Below, piece by piece: positions 17,101-64,000 of a stretch of 64,000 nucleotides of DNA. Positions within the stretch are counted from its first letter, which is position 1; the number at the start of each line of letters is the position of its first letter. The notes beneath the pieces are model-generated. The model did no database searches, was not told the DNA's origin, and saw only the letters and a list, made by a program, of their open reading frames with translations. The stretch is from Aplysia californica (lineage: Eukaryota): the NCBI RefSeq assembly GCF_000002075.1, contig NW_004798088.1, forward strand, positions 75,870 to 139,869. The letters run 5' to 3'. A program made the translations under genes and the position numbers.

Positions 17101-18333
17101 GAGCTTAACCTATTCTCTGCCAGACCAAAAGTGCTTTGGGAAAAATAGTTAGCCATTATCATAACTCCTTGGTTTTGTTTTTCCTATTTATTTTCAACTT
17201 GGACCTGTTTTGGGACTGATCTTCATTGGTCAAGTAACTGCTGACCCTTATGAATTTATGAGCTTTGTTTAAGTCACATCCTTTGATAGCTGAATATAAT
17301 TTTAATTTAAAAAAATTACGGACAACCTGAAATATATTTTGGCGTGGTGGCGAAAAAGCCTTGCAATGTTTTAGAACAGATGGACCCCTAATGTGGCAGT
17401 GGGCGGGATCGGATCTAGACTTTTGTAGTGCTAAAGAAGATGACAAATGACAGCGTGTTGACCCAAGGTATCATGTAGAGCATTCACAGTTCAGTAAAGG
17501 CTAGTGGAAGCCTGTAGGTATTATAAGTGACCATGAACTTATCAAACTTGGGAATAAATTATAAATTATAATGTTACAATGATTTTTTTAAATTGGTGCT
17601 AAAACGCCCGCCAATTCTCAGATGTTGAGCCATAAAATGCCTGGCAGTGAGTGAGTTAATAGTTCCCAAATAATGGGCAGTATCCATGGCATGCCAAAAG
17701 CTCTACAGGTATCATGCTTGGCTACTGTTTGTTCGTGTACTTTGGTTTTTTTTGTGTGGTGGAGTTTTTACGACACTTCACATACAGGGTGTTGGAATTA
17801 GGCCTCTCTTGTGTGTATGTACGTGTGAACATAAGGAACAAACCTGCCTATGTCTAAGTAGACTTTTCCTTTCTTCTATGTTTTTGCTTCTCTGTTTTCT
17901 ATCCAATATCTTGTAGTTTGAGGGAGTAGGCAGCTCTGGTACTAAGGAGAGGTAACTAGTTTTCCTTTCTTTGGAGTACATTGTAATTTCGAATTTCTCC
18001 TCAAAACTGAATTTTACTCTTGTGTGGAAAACATTGAATGTTTCTATGTTATTATTTGTTTTCTTTGCTTGGGTCCTTTTAATAAAAATAAATTTGCCAG
18101 TCTTTGTAATTCAGTTATATTGTAAGTCAAATTTTTTTTCTTAAGACTAAAATTCTGCGACCCAATTTTCAGGGGATGATGATGGTGCCAAGGAAGACTT
18201 CCAGCGGGCTGCGGAGCTTGGAGGAGGCTTTGCCAAGCAGCTGTTGGCCTCCATGAACCCGTACGCGGCGCTGTGCAACCAGATGTTGGGAGACGTCATG
18301 CAGAAGTTGCGTGCTGGACAAGGAGAAATATAG
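12564..18333 (+). CDS. TTC36: Tetratricopeptide repeat protein 36, complete, 4 exons (12564-12684, 15936-16127, 16784-16885, 18173-18333), 191 aa
   Basis: Translation has [55 protein letters not shown] and FAKQLLASMNPYAALCNQML, all characteristic of TTC36. Exons total 576 nt; three phase-1 GT-AG introns. Confidence 0.95.
13383..13621. mobile_element. piggyBac-type MITE, copy 2 (opposite orientation to copy 1)
   Basis: TTAA-CCCTATCCGTACG ... GCGTAAGGATAAGG-TTAA; same internal sequence. Confidence 0.85.
14885..15677. mobile_element. Non-autonomous Tc1/mariner (pogo/Tigger-like) element in TTC36 intron 1
   Basis: TIR CAGTGGGTGCCGCATTCAATGAGGT / ACCTCGTTGAATGCAACACCCACTG-TA, with subterminal TTCAACGAG repeats. 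Confidence 0.65.
15936..16127 (+). CDS. TTC36: TTC36 exon 2
   Basis: ttcag|...[52 protein letters not shown] G|gtaatg. Confidence 0.95.
16784..16885 (+). CDS. TTC36: TTC36 exon 3
   Basis: cag|[34 protein letters not shown] G|gttaga. Confidence 0.93.
16901..17079 (+). mobile_element. ~180-bp headless retroposon (family D) with 12-bp TSD
   Basis: TSD AGACGATTGATT on both sides; tail GCAGTTGCGAGCGCCGTAAAA..ACTAAAACTAAA; about 13 related copies in window. Confidence 0.85.
17109..17655. mobile_element. piggyBac-type non-autonomous element (second family)
   Basis: TTAA-CCTATTCTCTGCCAG ... CTGGCAGTGAGTGAG-TTAA: imperfect TIR with TTAA TSD. Confidence 0.65.
18173..18333 (+). CDS. TTC36: TTC36 exon 4 (to stop)
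   Basis: cag|GDDDGAKEDFQRAAELGGGFAKQLLASMNPYAALCNQMLGDVMQKLRAGQGEI*. Confidence 0.95.
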
Positions 18334-20372
18334 GTTCAAACTTCGAAGGTTTTTTTTTTAGCTGGAAGGTTTTCGAATCTGCACCCTATTTGAACAGAAA
18401 GGAAACAAATTACTGTCAGTGTTTATGTATTTTTTGGACAAATTATTTGGCACTATCTAACAGACTCGATTTTTGTTACATTTTCAATTAGACCTACCCA
18501 CCCCCCTCCCAAAAAAGCATTAAAAATTTTAATACTTCAAAATTATCGTTCAGCGTGTAGCTAGTTGATACTTGACACAGATAAACTGTTGGCATGTTTA
18601 TTAATGGGACAGCAATGTCTATTTGAATCTCCTATCGTTCATGCCAGATAACAGTGGTCTGTAGTATTTGAATGAGAAATTCTTGGAAGGACAGAGAGGA
18701 GAGAAGCGACAAATTAAATTGTTGCCATTTCTTGAGTCGTTTTGTGATGTGAAAAAAGTTTTTACTTGTACAAGTAGCCTACAAGGTTTCTGTTGTCTAA
18801 CGTGAATGGATGATGATGCCAGCCTTCCAGAGCATCAAATTTTGTTGCCAGTATTTTACTTTTTTCTTGTGAATGTTCCTTCTGTGGCAGCTATAACACA
18901 GAGTTTTATTCTATTGGAAGATATATATATATATATGTATGTACTGTTGCTATATTTTCATTGTAAGGCACAAATGATTTCGTCTTTCTGTTTATATGTC
19001 TATACAAAGATTATATCTATACAAAATCCGTGAGCGTGGTTGTTTGTTTGCCTCTGTTTTGTAAGGGGCATGACTAAGGAGACTCACCTTCTCCGATAGA
19101 ACTGATAGAACAAAATTATTAAAATAATAATTGGGAGAAAAATATCCTACTCTCTAAGCTCAAAGAAACTACTATGATCTCTGTCTGTAATCACTATGTG
19201 CAAAAAATAAGCTCTGCTCAAATGCACTCTCTGGTCATACGATGGAGTTTTTTGTGAAGTGAATGTCCAAAAGATATTTGAATGGTCTTTATAATATCTG
19301 GTAATTGGATTTGCTGTACCTTTTTGATTCTCCAAATGCTGGCTTAAAGCTTGTTCCTCATAGCTTGAAAGAAAAGTCTCAGAATATCAACACACCTTTT
19401 TACTGGTTGGTGCTGTGTCAACTTTACTCACTCTCAAGAGTCAATCGATGAATAAATTGAGATTTGAATTTCTTTTAATGTTCCAAGGGAATTACTACAT
19501 ATAGAATTTTTTCAGAGCCAAATGAAGAAAAGCAGAAGCATCATTACCCAGGTTTGACAAGGGTTTCTCGTAAAAAGATACATTTAATGACCATTCCTGC
19601 ATCAGCTCTCAGACATATACTACTGTAATGCTTTTGGAGGAGTGAGGGGGATGCAGACTTTTAGAAAGTCTGAATAAATAAGAACATTTGTTGTTTTGTT
19701 TATGCCTGATGAGTGACGGTCAGACATTCTTAATATTATTATACTTTACTTTGTCATCAGTTTGATATTGTGAAGAACCATGGATTTAGTTTAGGGTGCA
19801 GGATTCCAATTTCTTCAGAAAGTATCTTGACATAAGTTAGATAGCTGCAAGTATGCCTTGAGCATGGTTATGGAATTTTGTCGCAAACAGTAGTAGTATA
19901 TGGTCTGAGTACATATGAGGAAGTGGGTGTTTGCTGCTACTTGTGTGCCAGAAAGGTCAGCTTTGGAATTCTTTTTGCAAAAGAAAAAAAAGATTGAATT
20001 AATTTGATATTTCTGTTTTTTTCTGCACGTTTGGTGTGAATGTTCTCAACATGTCTTTCTAAACATAACTGTGATGCCTCTTGAACTCACTCAGTAATGT
20101 GACTTCTTCTGTGAGGTTGACTTTACTCTTTACAAAGCCAATACCTGAGCAGAGTTTTGTATTCTTTGTCTGGCTTTTGTGGGAACATCTCTATGCATAT
20201 ATTTTGTGCTTTTCTTTTATGACGTGTTATGAGCCTAGTAAGGTTAAAGAAAGATGCTGTTTGTTTGATAACAGTTTGACAATCCAGATTATTATTTACG
20301 CTGATCCTATTTTTGTTGTTGTCCGATTACCCATTCTTATATGTACTTTTCAAAGGTTGTTTAATGAACGTA

Positions 20373-20604
20373 TGAGAAGGATGCTGAAAAAATGAGTTAC
20401 TCTCCGAATTCTGTTCCTATGGACACAGATAGAATCAAATTTGTAGTTTGGGTTGATACAATTTATCATATGAAATTATAAAAGGCATGTTAGATTTGAA
20501 GAAAAATGTATCTTTAAAATTTGCAAATTTGATTTGTCTATTTTTGGCCTACATCTCCTTTCGAGGATTGTGAGAAGTAACTCATTTTGTCAGCACACCT
20601 CACA
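20373..20604. mobile_element. ~235-bp MITE family E, copy 1
   Basis: GCTGA.AAAATGAGTTAC ... GTAACTCATTTTGTCAGCACACCTCACAT; related to 46245 and 50390. Confidence 0.6.
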
Positions 20605-21185
20605 TGTATTTGATCTTGTGCCTTCAATTCCTTTCGTACTGTACTTGAAAAAGATTCCATCTTCAAAATATCAGATCAGAATTTACTCTATTTTTACTCA
20701 AGACTTTTCTAATGTGATACTTGACAGCATTTATCTGTACTTTGTCTTGCAAGAGATCTATTTTGGTTTAGGAAACTCATTCCATATTACATGTATGTCT
20801 TTCATGTAAATGCAGTTTTTCCAGAAACCTATATGTATTGTTGTTGTAAACTAGTTTTGCAGATTGCATTATTTGTTGTTTTTATTTGTTTTTTTATTTA
20901 AGACCAGAATTTGATTTTTTGTCATGATTTTAATATATGAAAGAAACTTTCTGTCTACTGTTGTACTTTTCTAGAGAAAAGTGGATAATTGGCTCCTCTT
21001 CCATGTCAGTTTAGATCTATAACTTTAACGAGGCCACCTTTAACTTGGAAAAACTGTGCCATATAAATGTTTTTTAAATGCTGATTTGAGATAAAGTGTA
21101 GACTGCGCTGCATACTTGAAAATTATGAAAAATTGTTCTTTAAGACTTCTATTTTAAAATGCCTGTAGTAGTTTTAACAGTGCGA

Positions 21186-22930
21186 AAGACTTACAGCATT
21201 ACATGGGTTCAAAAGTTTATTATTACTTTGTTCTTTTCTTTTCTTTTGTGTCTTATGATAATGGAAATATGGAATTTAACTTCACAGAGTTATAATGGTA
21301 ATAAACATATATATATGCAATGACTTGATTCTGTTTGAGTTTCCTTGCCTTTTTAACCTCCAGTCAACCAGTCGTTTTTTAAACTGAAGACTCCTGTGTG
21401 TTTATTCTATTTCTTCTCACTATATAATATGTTATGTCAATTTCACTGCGCAGGCGGTTGGCAGGTGCTTTGATGTGGTTTCATCCTAACTTTCTTATGA
21501 TCAAATGTTCTTTGTCCTTTTCTCTCCTTCTTTTTTTTGGGTGTTTTTTCCTCTCTTGTAACTCTCCTAATCTTCGACACCTATATGATTCAATTGTGTT
21601 GCAAGTCCCTGTAAAACTCTTACTAAAACAATATAATACAAATACAATGTCACTGCCACACTGTGAACGCTTAAGCTTCTGTTGTGGGGTAGGAATCGTG
21701 GTAGTAGAAGCATTGGTGGTCATCATCATCATCACACGTGGCAGAATGTTGCTCCCCTTGAGAGAAAGCTCTATGGCAGTCTCTCAGAGTTGAAGCGAAC
21801 TGCACTGTTTGTGCGCGACATCGGACTGACTGTCTTGCTGCTGTCATCGAGAACGAGGAAGAAGAAGAAAAAATCATCATCATTATCATCACTGACTACA
21901 CAATTCTGCTTTTTCTTGTTTCGTTTTACTAGAAAACAAAATAATTTGCACCATGTCAATACATTTTTACATAACCAAGAAATTATATGGGAACCGAAAT
22001 CAGGACTCTGGACAAAAAAAAAAAGCATTGGTGGTTGCATTAACAACAGTAGTACATGTGGATCTAGTAGTACACAGAATTATTATNNNNNNNNNNNNNN
22101 NNNNNNNNNNNNNNNNNNNNNNNNNNNNNNNNNNNNNNNNNNNNNNNNNNNNNNNNNNNNNNNNNNNNNNNNNNNNNNNNNNNNNNAAGACTTACAGCAT
22201 TACATGGGTTCAAAAGTTTATTATTACTTTGTTCTTTTCTTTTTTTTTTGTGTCTTATGATAATGGAAATATGGAATCTAACTTCACAGAGTTATAAAGG
22301 TAATAAACATATTTATATGCAATGACTTGATTCTGTTAGAGTTTCCTTGCCTTTTTAGCCTCCAGTCAACCAGTGGTTTTTTAAACTGAAGACTCCTGTG
22401 TGTTTATTCTATTTCTTCTCACTATATAATATGTTATGTCTATTTCACTGCGCAGGAGGTTGGCAGGTGCTTTGGTGTGGTTTCATCTTAACTTTCTTTT
22501 TATCAAACGTCCTTTGTCCTTTTCTCTTTCTTTTTTTTGTTTGTTTTTTACTCTCTTGTAACACTCCTAATCTTCGACACTTATATGATTCAATTGTGTT
22601 GCAAGTCCCTGTAAAACTCTTACTAAAACAAATAATACAAATACAATGTCACTGCTACAGTGTAAACACATAAGCTGCTGTTGTGGGGGTAGGAATCATG
22701 GTGGTAGTAGAAGCATTGGTGATCATCATCATCATCACAGACTTAACAATTCCCCTTTTTCTTGTTTCGTTTTACTAGAAAACATAATAATTTGCACCAT
22801 GTCAATACATTTTTACGTAACCAAGAAATTATATGGGAACCAAAATCAGGAGACTGAACAAAAACAAAAAAAGCATTGGTGGTAGCATTAACAACAGCAG
22901 TACATGTGGATCTAGCAGTACACAGAATTA
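21186..22930. repeat. Two near-identical segments (21186-22086 and 22187-22930) flanking a 100-N gap; probably two haplotypes
   Basis: Both begin AAGACTTACAGCATTACATGGG and end CACAGAATTAT; they differ by substitutions and one insertion. Confidence 0.85.
21736..21872 (+). mobile_element. 5'-truncated LINE 3' end inserted in a (CAT)n tract
   Basis: Encodes WQNVAPLERKLYGSLSELKRTALFVRDIGLTV then a (GAA)n/A tail; flanked by duplicated ATCATCATC..ATCAC; absent at the matching site ~22735. Confidence 0.75.
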
Positions 22931-23596
22931 TAATTATTATTATTATTATTATTACTATTATTATTATGAGCAGTTATGCAGTTTGCATAGAGGTTGTTTT
23001 TTTTTCATGTAGGTAGATTTATGCTCCCAACAACACAGTTTAGATTATTTAAAGTAGGCAAATTTCAACTCTGCCTGTCAGGGTCAAAAGATGCTGAGAG
23101 GGATACTATGTCCCAGCAGAAAGACTTAAGATACTCAGGTGAAATTAAAATGTGCCCCACATGAGAATTGAACTCTGGTCTTATGTATGCGACAGCAAAG
23201 TGCAACAAAAAAAAAAAAAAAAATTATATATATCTGCTACACTACAGATGCTGGTGTTAACATGGGGTGGTCTCCATGTAAAAAAAAAGAGACCGATACA
23301 TTTACTGATTTATTGGTCTATATGATTACGTACGTATAGTCTCAGTTTTGTTGTGACATTTTGTCCTTAGAAATGTTCTCTATATATATTAATTGTAGTT
23401 GTTTTACACTCCCAGAGACACAATTTAGCAGTTAGGAGGCGAGCTTCAACCCTGCCTGTCAGGGCCAACCCTGGATGAGAAGGATATAACGTCCCAGAAA
23501 GGCATCATGATCTTATCCAAATACTTGTAGGCCTACATGTATTATTATTTAAAGTAGTAGTAGTAGTACAAACAAGGTATTTTTAGTTTCAGTTTG

Positions 23597-23765
23597 TGGG
23601 TGCTCTGGTGTGGTTTGCTTCTTCTTTCCTATCGAACATCTGTCGTCCTTATCTCTCCTTCTTCTTTTTTACGTTTGTAACTCTCTTGTAACACCTCTAA
23701 TCTTTGGGCACTCATGACCTTATGCAGTTGCGAGCGCTGTAAAAACATACTAAAACTAAACTAAA
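23597..23765 (+). mobile_element. Family D retroposon with 12-bp TSD
   Basis: TSD AGTTTCAGTTTG; same body and tail. Confidence 0.85.
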
Positions 23766-24328
23766 AGTTTCAGTTTGGTAAAAGTTTTACATTTACAGCA
23801 CCTGCCACTGCGTAAGGTCATGTATTAGCGCGTGGAAATCAAGTTGGTTGTGTATGTTATCACGTTAGTTCACAGAATGGCTCGACCCTACTTAAACTTG
23901 ACATTAGGAGTTTAAAATCCGTGGTTAATACTCAATAGTAAAAATAGTCATTTACGTAAGTTTAAAAAAGAGCACTGACTTGCTTAAATTTGCGTTACTT
24001 TTAGTCCAAATACGAAAATCACCCCCTCTCCCCCGCAAAGAAAAGCACCCTATTGTGGCTAGGCGTTAAAAGCGATGGTAATTATTGATCTCTAGAATTT
24101 AACAGTTTTGCTTTCCCGGTTCAGCATCTTTGTCAATCAGTTTAGTTTTTGTCACTATGCTCAGCAACAGTATCATATTGCAATTGCTTAAGATGTTTTC
24201 AATATAGACTAATGAGTCTATCTCAATTATTACCATCGACTGCGGCTATATAAATACAGTGTATTTTGTTATCAAGGACCTTAGAATATAATGTTATTAT
24301 AACCTCCTTGGTTATTATGCAAAATATA

Positions 24329-25158
24329 CAGTCTTCACAAAAAGTTAAGGACCACTTGCAAAAGTGCACGAAAAATAAAAACCAGCAAATCTATTCTAAT
24401 TATTCATTCTTTAACATACATTTAATTAATCAGTCCAAGAGTGCAACAAAGAAATTTCATCCCAATCAAAACCGAAATGCATGATTCCCAGCGCTTAAAA
24501 GGGACCCACCCTCAATATCGAAAATCACAAAAGAAAGGCGCAGGGAATGTTGTTCCAATTTTGTTACAGCCATCCAAGCAGCAGTTGGCGGGCAAAGGGT
24601 AGTTCTCCCGAACTCTCAGAGCAAGCTCAGCCTACAACCTGTTCAATAGGATTGAGGTCTGAACTGTTGGCTGGCCAAACCATGCGGGTAATCCCCGCCT
24701 GCAGCACCAAGGCGTTGACGCCCTGGACCTGTGCGGCGTGGCGTTGTCGTCCTGAAGGGCAGCAGCAGCAGGCCCAATCTGCTGCAACGCTGTGACGACC
24801 AGAGGTCGAAAGATCTCCTGCAGGTACCGCTGCCCTGTCAGGATGCCTTGACTACCTTGCCGTGAATGGTGGACACATGCGCTTCTGACAATTCCATTGA
24901 CATTCCCGAACTTGAACTGGTCGTTTTCTTTTATATTGCTGAGACTTTTTGAGACACTTTCTTTTGTGATTTTCGATTTTGTGGGTTGGTCTCTTTTGAG
25001 CGCTGGGAATACGCATTTCGGTTTCGATTGTGGTGAAATTTCTTTTTGCTCTTATGGATTACCGGATTAAATGTGTGTCAAAGAAGGCATAATTTGATTT
25101 CCTGGTTTTTATTTTGAGTGCACTTTTGTAAGTGGTCCTTAGCTTTTTGTGAAGGCTG
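24329..25158. mobile_element. Defective Tc1-family transposon with ~210-bp TIRs and TA TSD
   Basis: TA-CAGTCTTCACAAAAAGTTAAGGACCAC ... GTGGTCCTTAGCTTTTTGTGAAGGCTG-TA; internal transposase relic. Confidence 0.9.
24543..24848 (-). pseudogene. Tc1 DD34E-type transposase fragment (frameshifted)
   Basis: Minus strand reads GILTGQRYLQEIFRPLV...LQDDNATPHRSR / ITRMVWPANSSDLNPIEQV / WNNIP. Confidence 0.88.
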
Positions 25159-25965
25159 TACATGCATATATAGGGATGTGATTTATGCAATAAAAACAAT
25201 GGGGATAAAATCTAGGCTTATGCACCCACGAGCAGCAAGAATATGATCTGGATCTATATAATTAATTATACTCCAACAACTGCAATGATAGCAAAGATTC
25301 ATCTTCTCGTAGAAAATATTTGGTGATAGCTCTATAATTTTATGCGCTCTACAATGTATAGGTTCATTATTGTACCCCGGCAGACCTGATAACATTTTGA
25401 AACATATTCTAAACTCACAGGGAAGCATACAGTACATGCAGTCATTATATATTAGAATAGGCGCTAATTTAGCGCTAAAAAAGAGAATAGGTNNNNNNNN
25501 NNNNNNNNNNNNNNNNNNNNNNNNNNNNNNNNNNNNNNNNNNNNNNNNNNNNNNNNNNNNNNNNNNNNNNNNNNNNNNNNNNNNNNNNNNNNNNNNNNNN
25601 NNNNNNNNNNNNNNNNNNNNNNNNNNNNNNNNNNNNNNNNNNNNNNNNNNNNNNNNNNNNNNNNNNNNNNNNNNNNNNNNNNNNNNNNNNNNNNNNNNNN
25701 NNNNNNNNNNNNNNNNNNNNNNNNNNNNNNNNNNNNNNNTCTCTCTCTCCTCTCCTCTTCTCCTTCTTCTTCTCTCTTCTTCTTCTTCTTCTTCTTCTTC
25801 TTCTTCTTCTTCTTCTTCTTCTTCTTTTGGATGATAGGCTACTATAATAATATAGGCCTACCATAGATTTTCACTACCAGATAACTATATGAGGCCAACA
25901 CACATTGTATGTTTTGAAAAGTTACTCGATTTTTAAGGAACTGGGTATCGATAATTATATTGGAA

Positions 25966-26461
25966 CAAAGATAGTACAAGACAAGATGGGCCACTCAGCC
26001 TAAAAAGTGTCCGCAGGAAGTATGCTCTTTGCTTCAGATGGCGCTGCAGTCTGTTTTGAAGCTCTCTTTCGTTTTTCCAGAAGAAGAATAGGAATAGCAC
26101 CTCCTTGCGTGCGCAGATCGACTGCTGTTCATCAGCAGTTCGGGTACGTTCAGTGCGGAGTTTTAGTTTTTTTCTTATTTTAATGACCTCTCGCCCTTCA
26201 TTCTAAAGTCAAATTAAACGAAGAAAACCATCTCCTTTTCCTCCGGAAGAGGTTTTTTGTCAGCGTAACCATTTTTAAAAAGCGTTCTTCCGAAATTTAT
26301 CCCAAAACTTGCTAGTTTCACTTTGATTTTTTAAAACTCAAGTAGGGTAACTCTGTTCGCAAAAAGTGCGCTTTTGCGAAGAGGGCGCCACCAAATTTTG
26401 AGGACACTTTTTTAATTGGCTCAAAAAGAGAAGTGGCCCATCTTGTCTTGTACTATCTTTG
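25966..26461. mobile_element. 496-bp MITE, probably P superfamily, in the OPA1 promoter
   Basis: Perfect 30-bp TIR CAAAGATAGTACAAGACAAGATGGGCCACT; 7-bp TSD ATTGGAA; empty site present at ~27915. Confidence 0.9.
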
Positions 26462-26568
26462 ATTGGAACTCTCCTGTACAACCGACAACTTTAGTCAGAA
26501 GTGGAAGTTACAATGTCGCCGACAGAAGAACAAACCAGAGGTGAAAGTGTTTGATCTCTAGTGATTGA

Positions 26569-26591
26569 ATGGCCCTGATCGGCCGGTTTGG
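26569..26591 (+). CDS. OPA1: OPA1 coding exon 1, duplicate/allelic copy
   Basis: ATG GCC CTG ATC GGC CGG TTT GG|gtaagt, identical to 28026-28048. Confidence 0.6.
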
Positions 26592-28025
26592 GTAAGTCTT
26601 CTCTTCACCTTGTGATGTTGTTTGTTCCCTCGTGAGTGACAGTCGTTAACTCTTTTGTATTGTCTTCTGTTTTAGCCCAATTACTTGCGACTCGCAACAA
26701 CGGATTCTACAAAATTGCAGTGGCACAGCAGAGCAATTTATTTTAGTTTTAGCGACAAGAAGTGTGAAGTGAAGAGGTACCTCTACTTAACTTACAAATA
26801 ATTTTGTTTCAGAGGTGACATACGATTGTTTGGTGGTTGGTAAATGTCCATAGCTATAGGCTACATGATAATGAAACACTGCCAATCTTTTAGGGCTGAC
26901 TGATCATGACTGATGGAGGTGCGACTGAATGACAGTTTAAGTTCATTGCATCATGAAAATAATTTTCATAACATGATTATAATAATATGTGAATTCTGTT
27001 CAATTGATGCGCCATTGCTGAAAATGTTCCTACTGAAATGAAAAAAAATTCCACTGTAAGCTGTAGGCTAGTCTTTATATTGCTCATAATCTGGGCTTGC
27101 TCAAAACGGCAGATAATTGCGACAGTGACGCTGTGACAACTAATGCGGCGTCCATTGCAACAGAGTGAACACAGAGTGCTTTTGCGTTGATGATTAATTT
27201 TGACAAAGCTTTAGCTAAATTTAGGCCTTAAGATGAAAATTTTGTTGTCTTTAGGAAAGAAATCATCTGAAACAGTTGAGAAGGCGAGCTTAAAGAATGT
27301 CAAAAATCCACAAATGAAGACTTTCTGTAGTAGAGTTGACTTTATTATCTGTACACATTATGGACAGCCCAAATACAACGGCAACAAAAACCACTAGGGG
27401 CAACAACAGCGACAACAACAAGAAAAGAGCTGCGACTGTCTTTGTTTGTCTGTTACTTTGTTGGTGTGTATGTGTGTGGTGTGTGTGTGTGTAAGGCCAC
27501 AAAAAGCGTGTGTGTCTGTCTGTGTTAGTGTCATGTGTGTGAGTGTATGTGTGCGTGTGTATATGTGTATTTGTATGTGTGTGAGTTATGTGAATGTGTG
27601 TATGCATGTGTATGCTTGTTTTTCTTTTTAAAATCTTATTTTTTTGTCACAGACTCACTCTGTCGCAATTATTGCCACGTTAGTTGTCACAGACTCACTC
27701 TGTCGCAATTAACGTTACCTTTACGAAAAGACAGTGGCACTNNNNNNNNNNNNNNNNNNNNNNNNNNNNNNNNNNNNNNNNNNNNNNNNNNNNNNNNNNN
27801 NNNNNNNNNNNNNNNNNNNNNNNNNNNNNNNNNNNNNNNNNTATATGAGGCCTACACACATTGTATGTTTTGAAAAGTTACTCGATTTTTAAGGAACTGG
27901 GTATCGATAATTATATTGGAACTCTCCTGTACAACCGACAACTTTAGTCAGAAGTGGAAGTTACAATGTCGCCGACAGAAGAACAAGCCAAACAGAGGTG
28001 AAAGTGTTTGATCTCTAGTGATTGA

Positions 28026-63552
<35,527 letters not shown>

Positions 63553-64000
63553 GTAAGATGTTTGTGAAATTGATTTCTTGTTGGTCTGATGACGATTATA
63601 CTGTTAGATAAAATTGGCGTAGTGCATATCTATACTAGAAAGTAGGCTCTTTCTTTTATCTCACCAGACCCTATCGCATGTTGAAAACATTCTCAGCTTC
63701 CTGGAAAGTGTTCAGTGCAAGTTGCTAACTGACAGACTTTTAAAATTTTCTTTAGCCAGGTACCTTTGTTCACCTGGGTGAAGTGAGAAAAATTTGCATA
63801 TTGTCTTCAAGGTTTCAATGTCCTCAGGGTTTTTGCAGAATTCGTAAAAAAAAAAATTGTTAAAACAAAAAAAATCTGGTTGTTTTGCTGTGCATCTCTG
63901 GAGCTTTTGAATGTTCAAAATGTGGCAAACTTTTCTCTGCCTGAATTGGTCTCATTGGCCACAGCAGAAGCCAGAAGCCACAAGTCATCTTAATCTGTAA

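Noticed and set aside
21186-22930. Real tandem segmental duplication
   Set aside because: The copies abut a 100-N placeholder gap and differ as alleles would; uncollapsed haplotypes are the simpler reading, pending read-depth data.
24547-24795. Plus-strand 82-aa ORF as a host gene
   Set aside because: It is the antisense reading of the Tc1 transposase relic.

Overview
Eukaryotic (animal) genomic DNA from a gappy draft assembly. It is AT-rich, intron-rich and dense in SINEs and MITEs; the repeat landscape suggests a mollusc or gastropod, which is inference only. Three spliced protein-coding genes can be reconstructed by hand from GT-AG exons with consistent phases: (1) the 5' half of a type-B carboxylesterase on the minus strand (exons 149-4770, HGGG and GESAG motifs); (2) a complete 4-exon TTC36 on the plus strand (12564-18333, 191 aa); (3) OPA1, the mitochondrial dynamin-like GTPase, on the plus strand from 28026 (exon 1 also at 26569) running off the window end. 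The most interesting signal is a candidate array of short frame-preserving cassette exons and microexons in the ~17.7 kb stretch encoding the OPA1 linker, several ending in the same CCTGAG|GT (Pro-Glu) motif. Two pairs of near-identical segments flank 100-N gaps and are probably both haplotypes assembled in tandem. They expose filled versus empty insertion sites: a P-type MITE in the OPA1 promoter and a 5'-truncated LINE. Also present: a Tc1 relic with an internally inverted transposase, piggyBac- and Tigger-type MITEs, three tRNA-derived SINE families, a headless ~180-bp retroposon family and several minisatellites. No CRISPR, rRNA or prokaryotic system is supported. All calls were made by eye, with no database searches.
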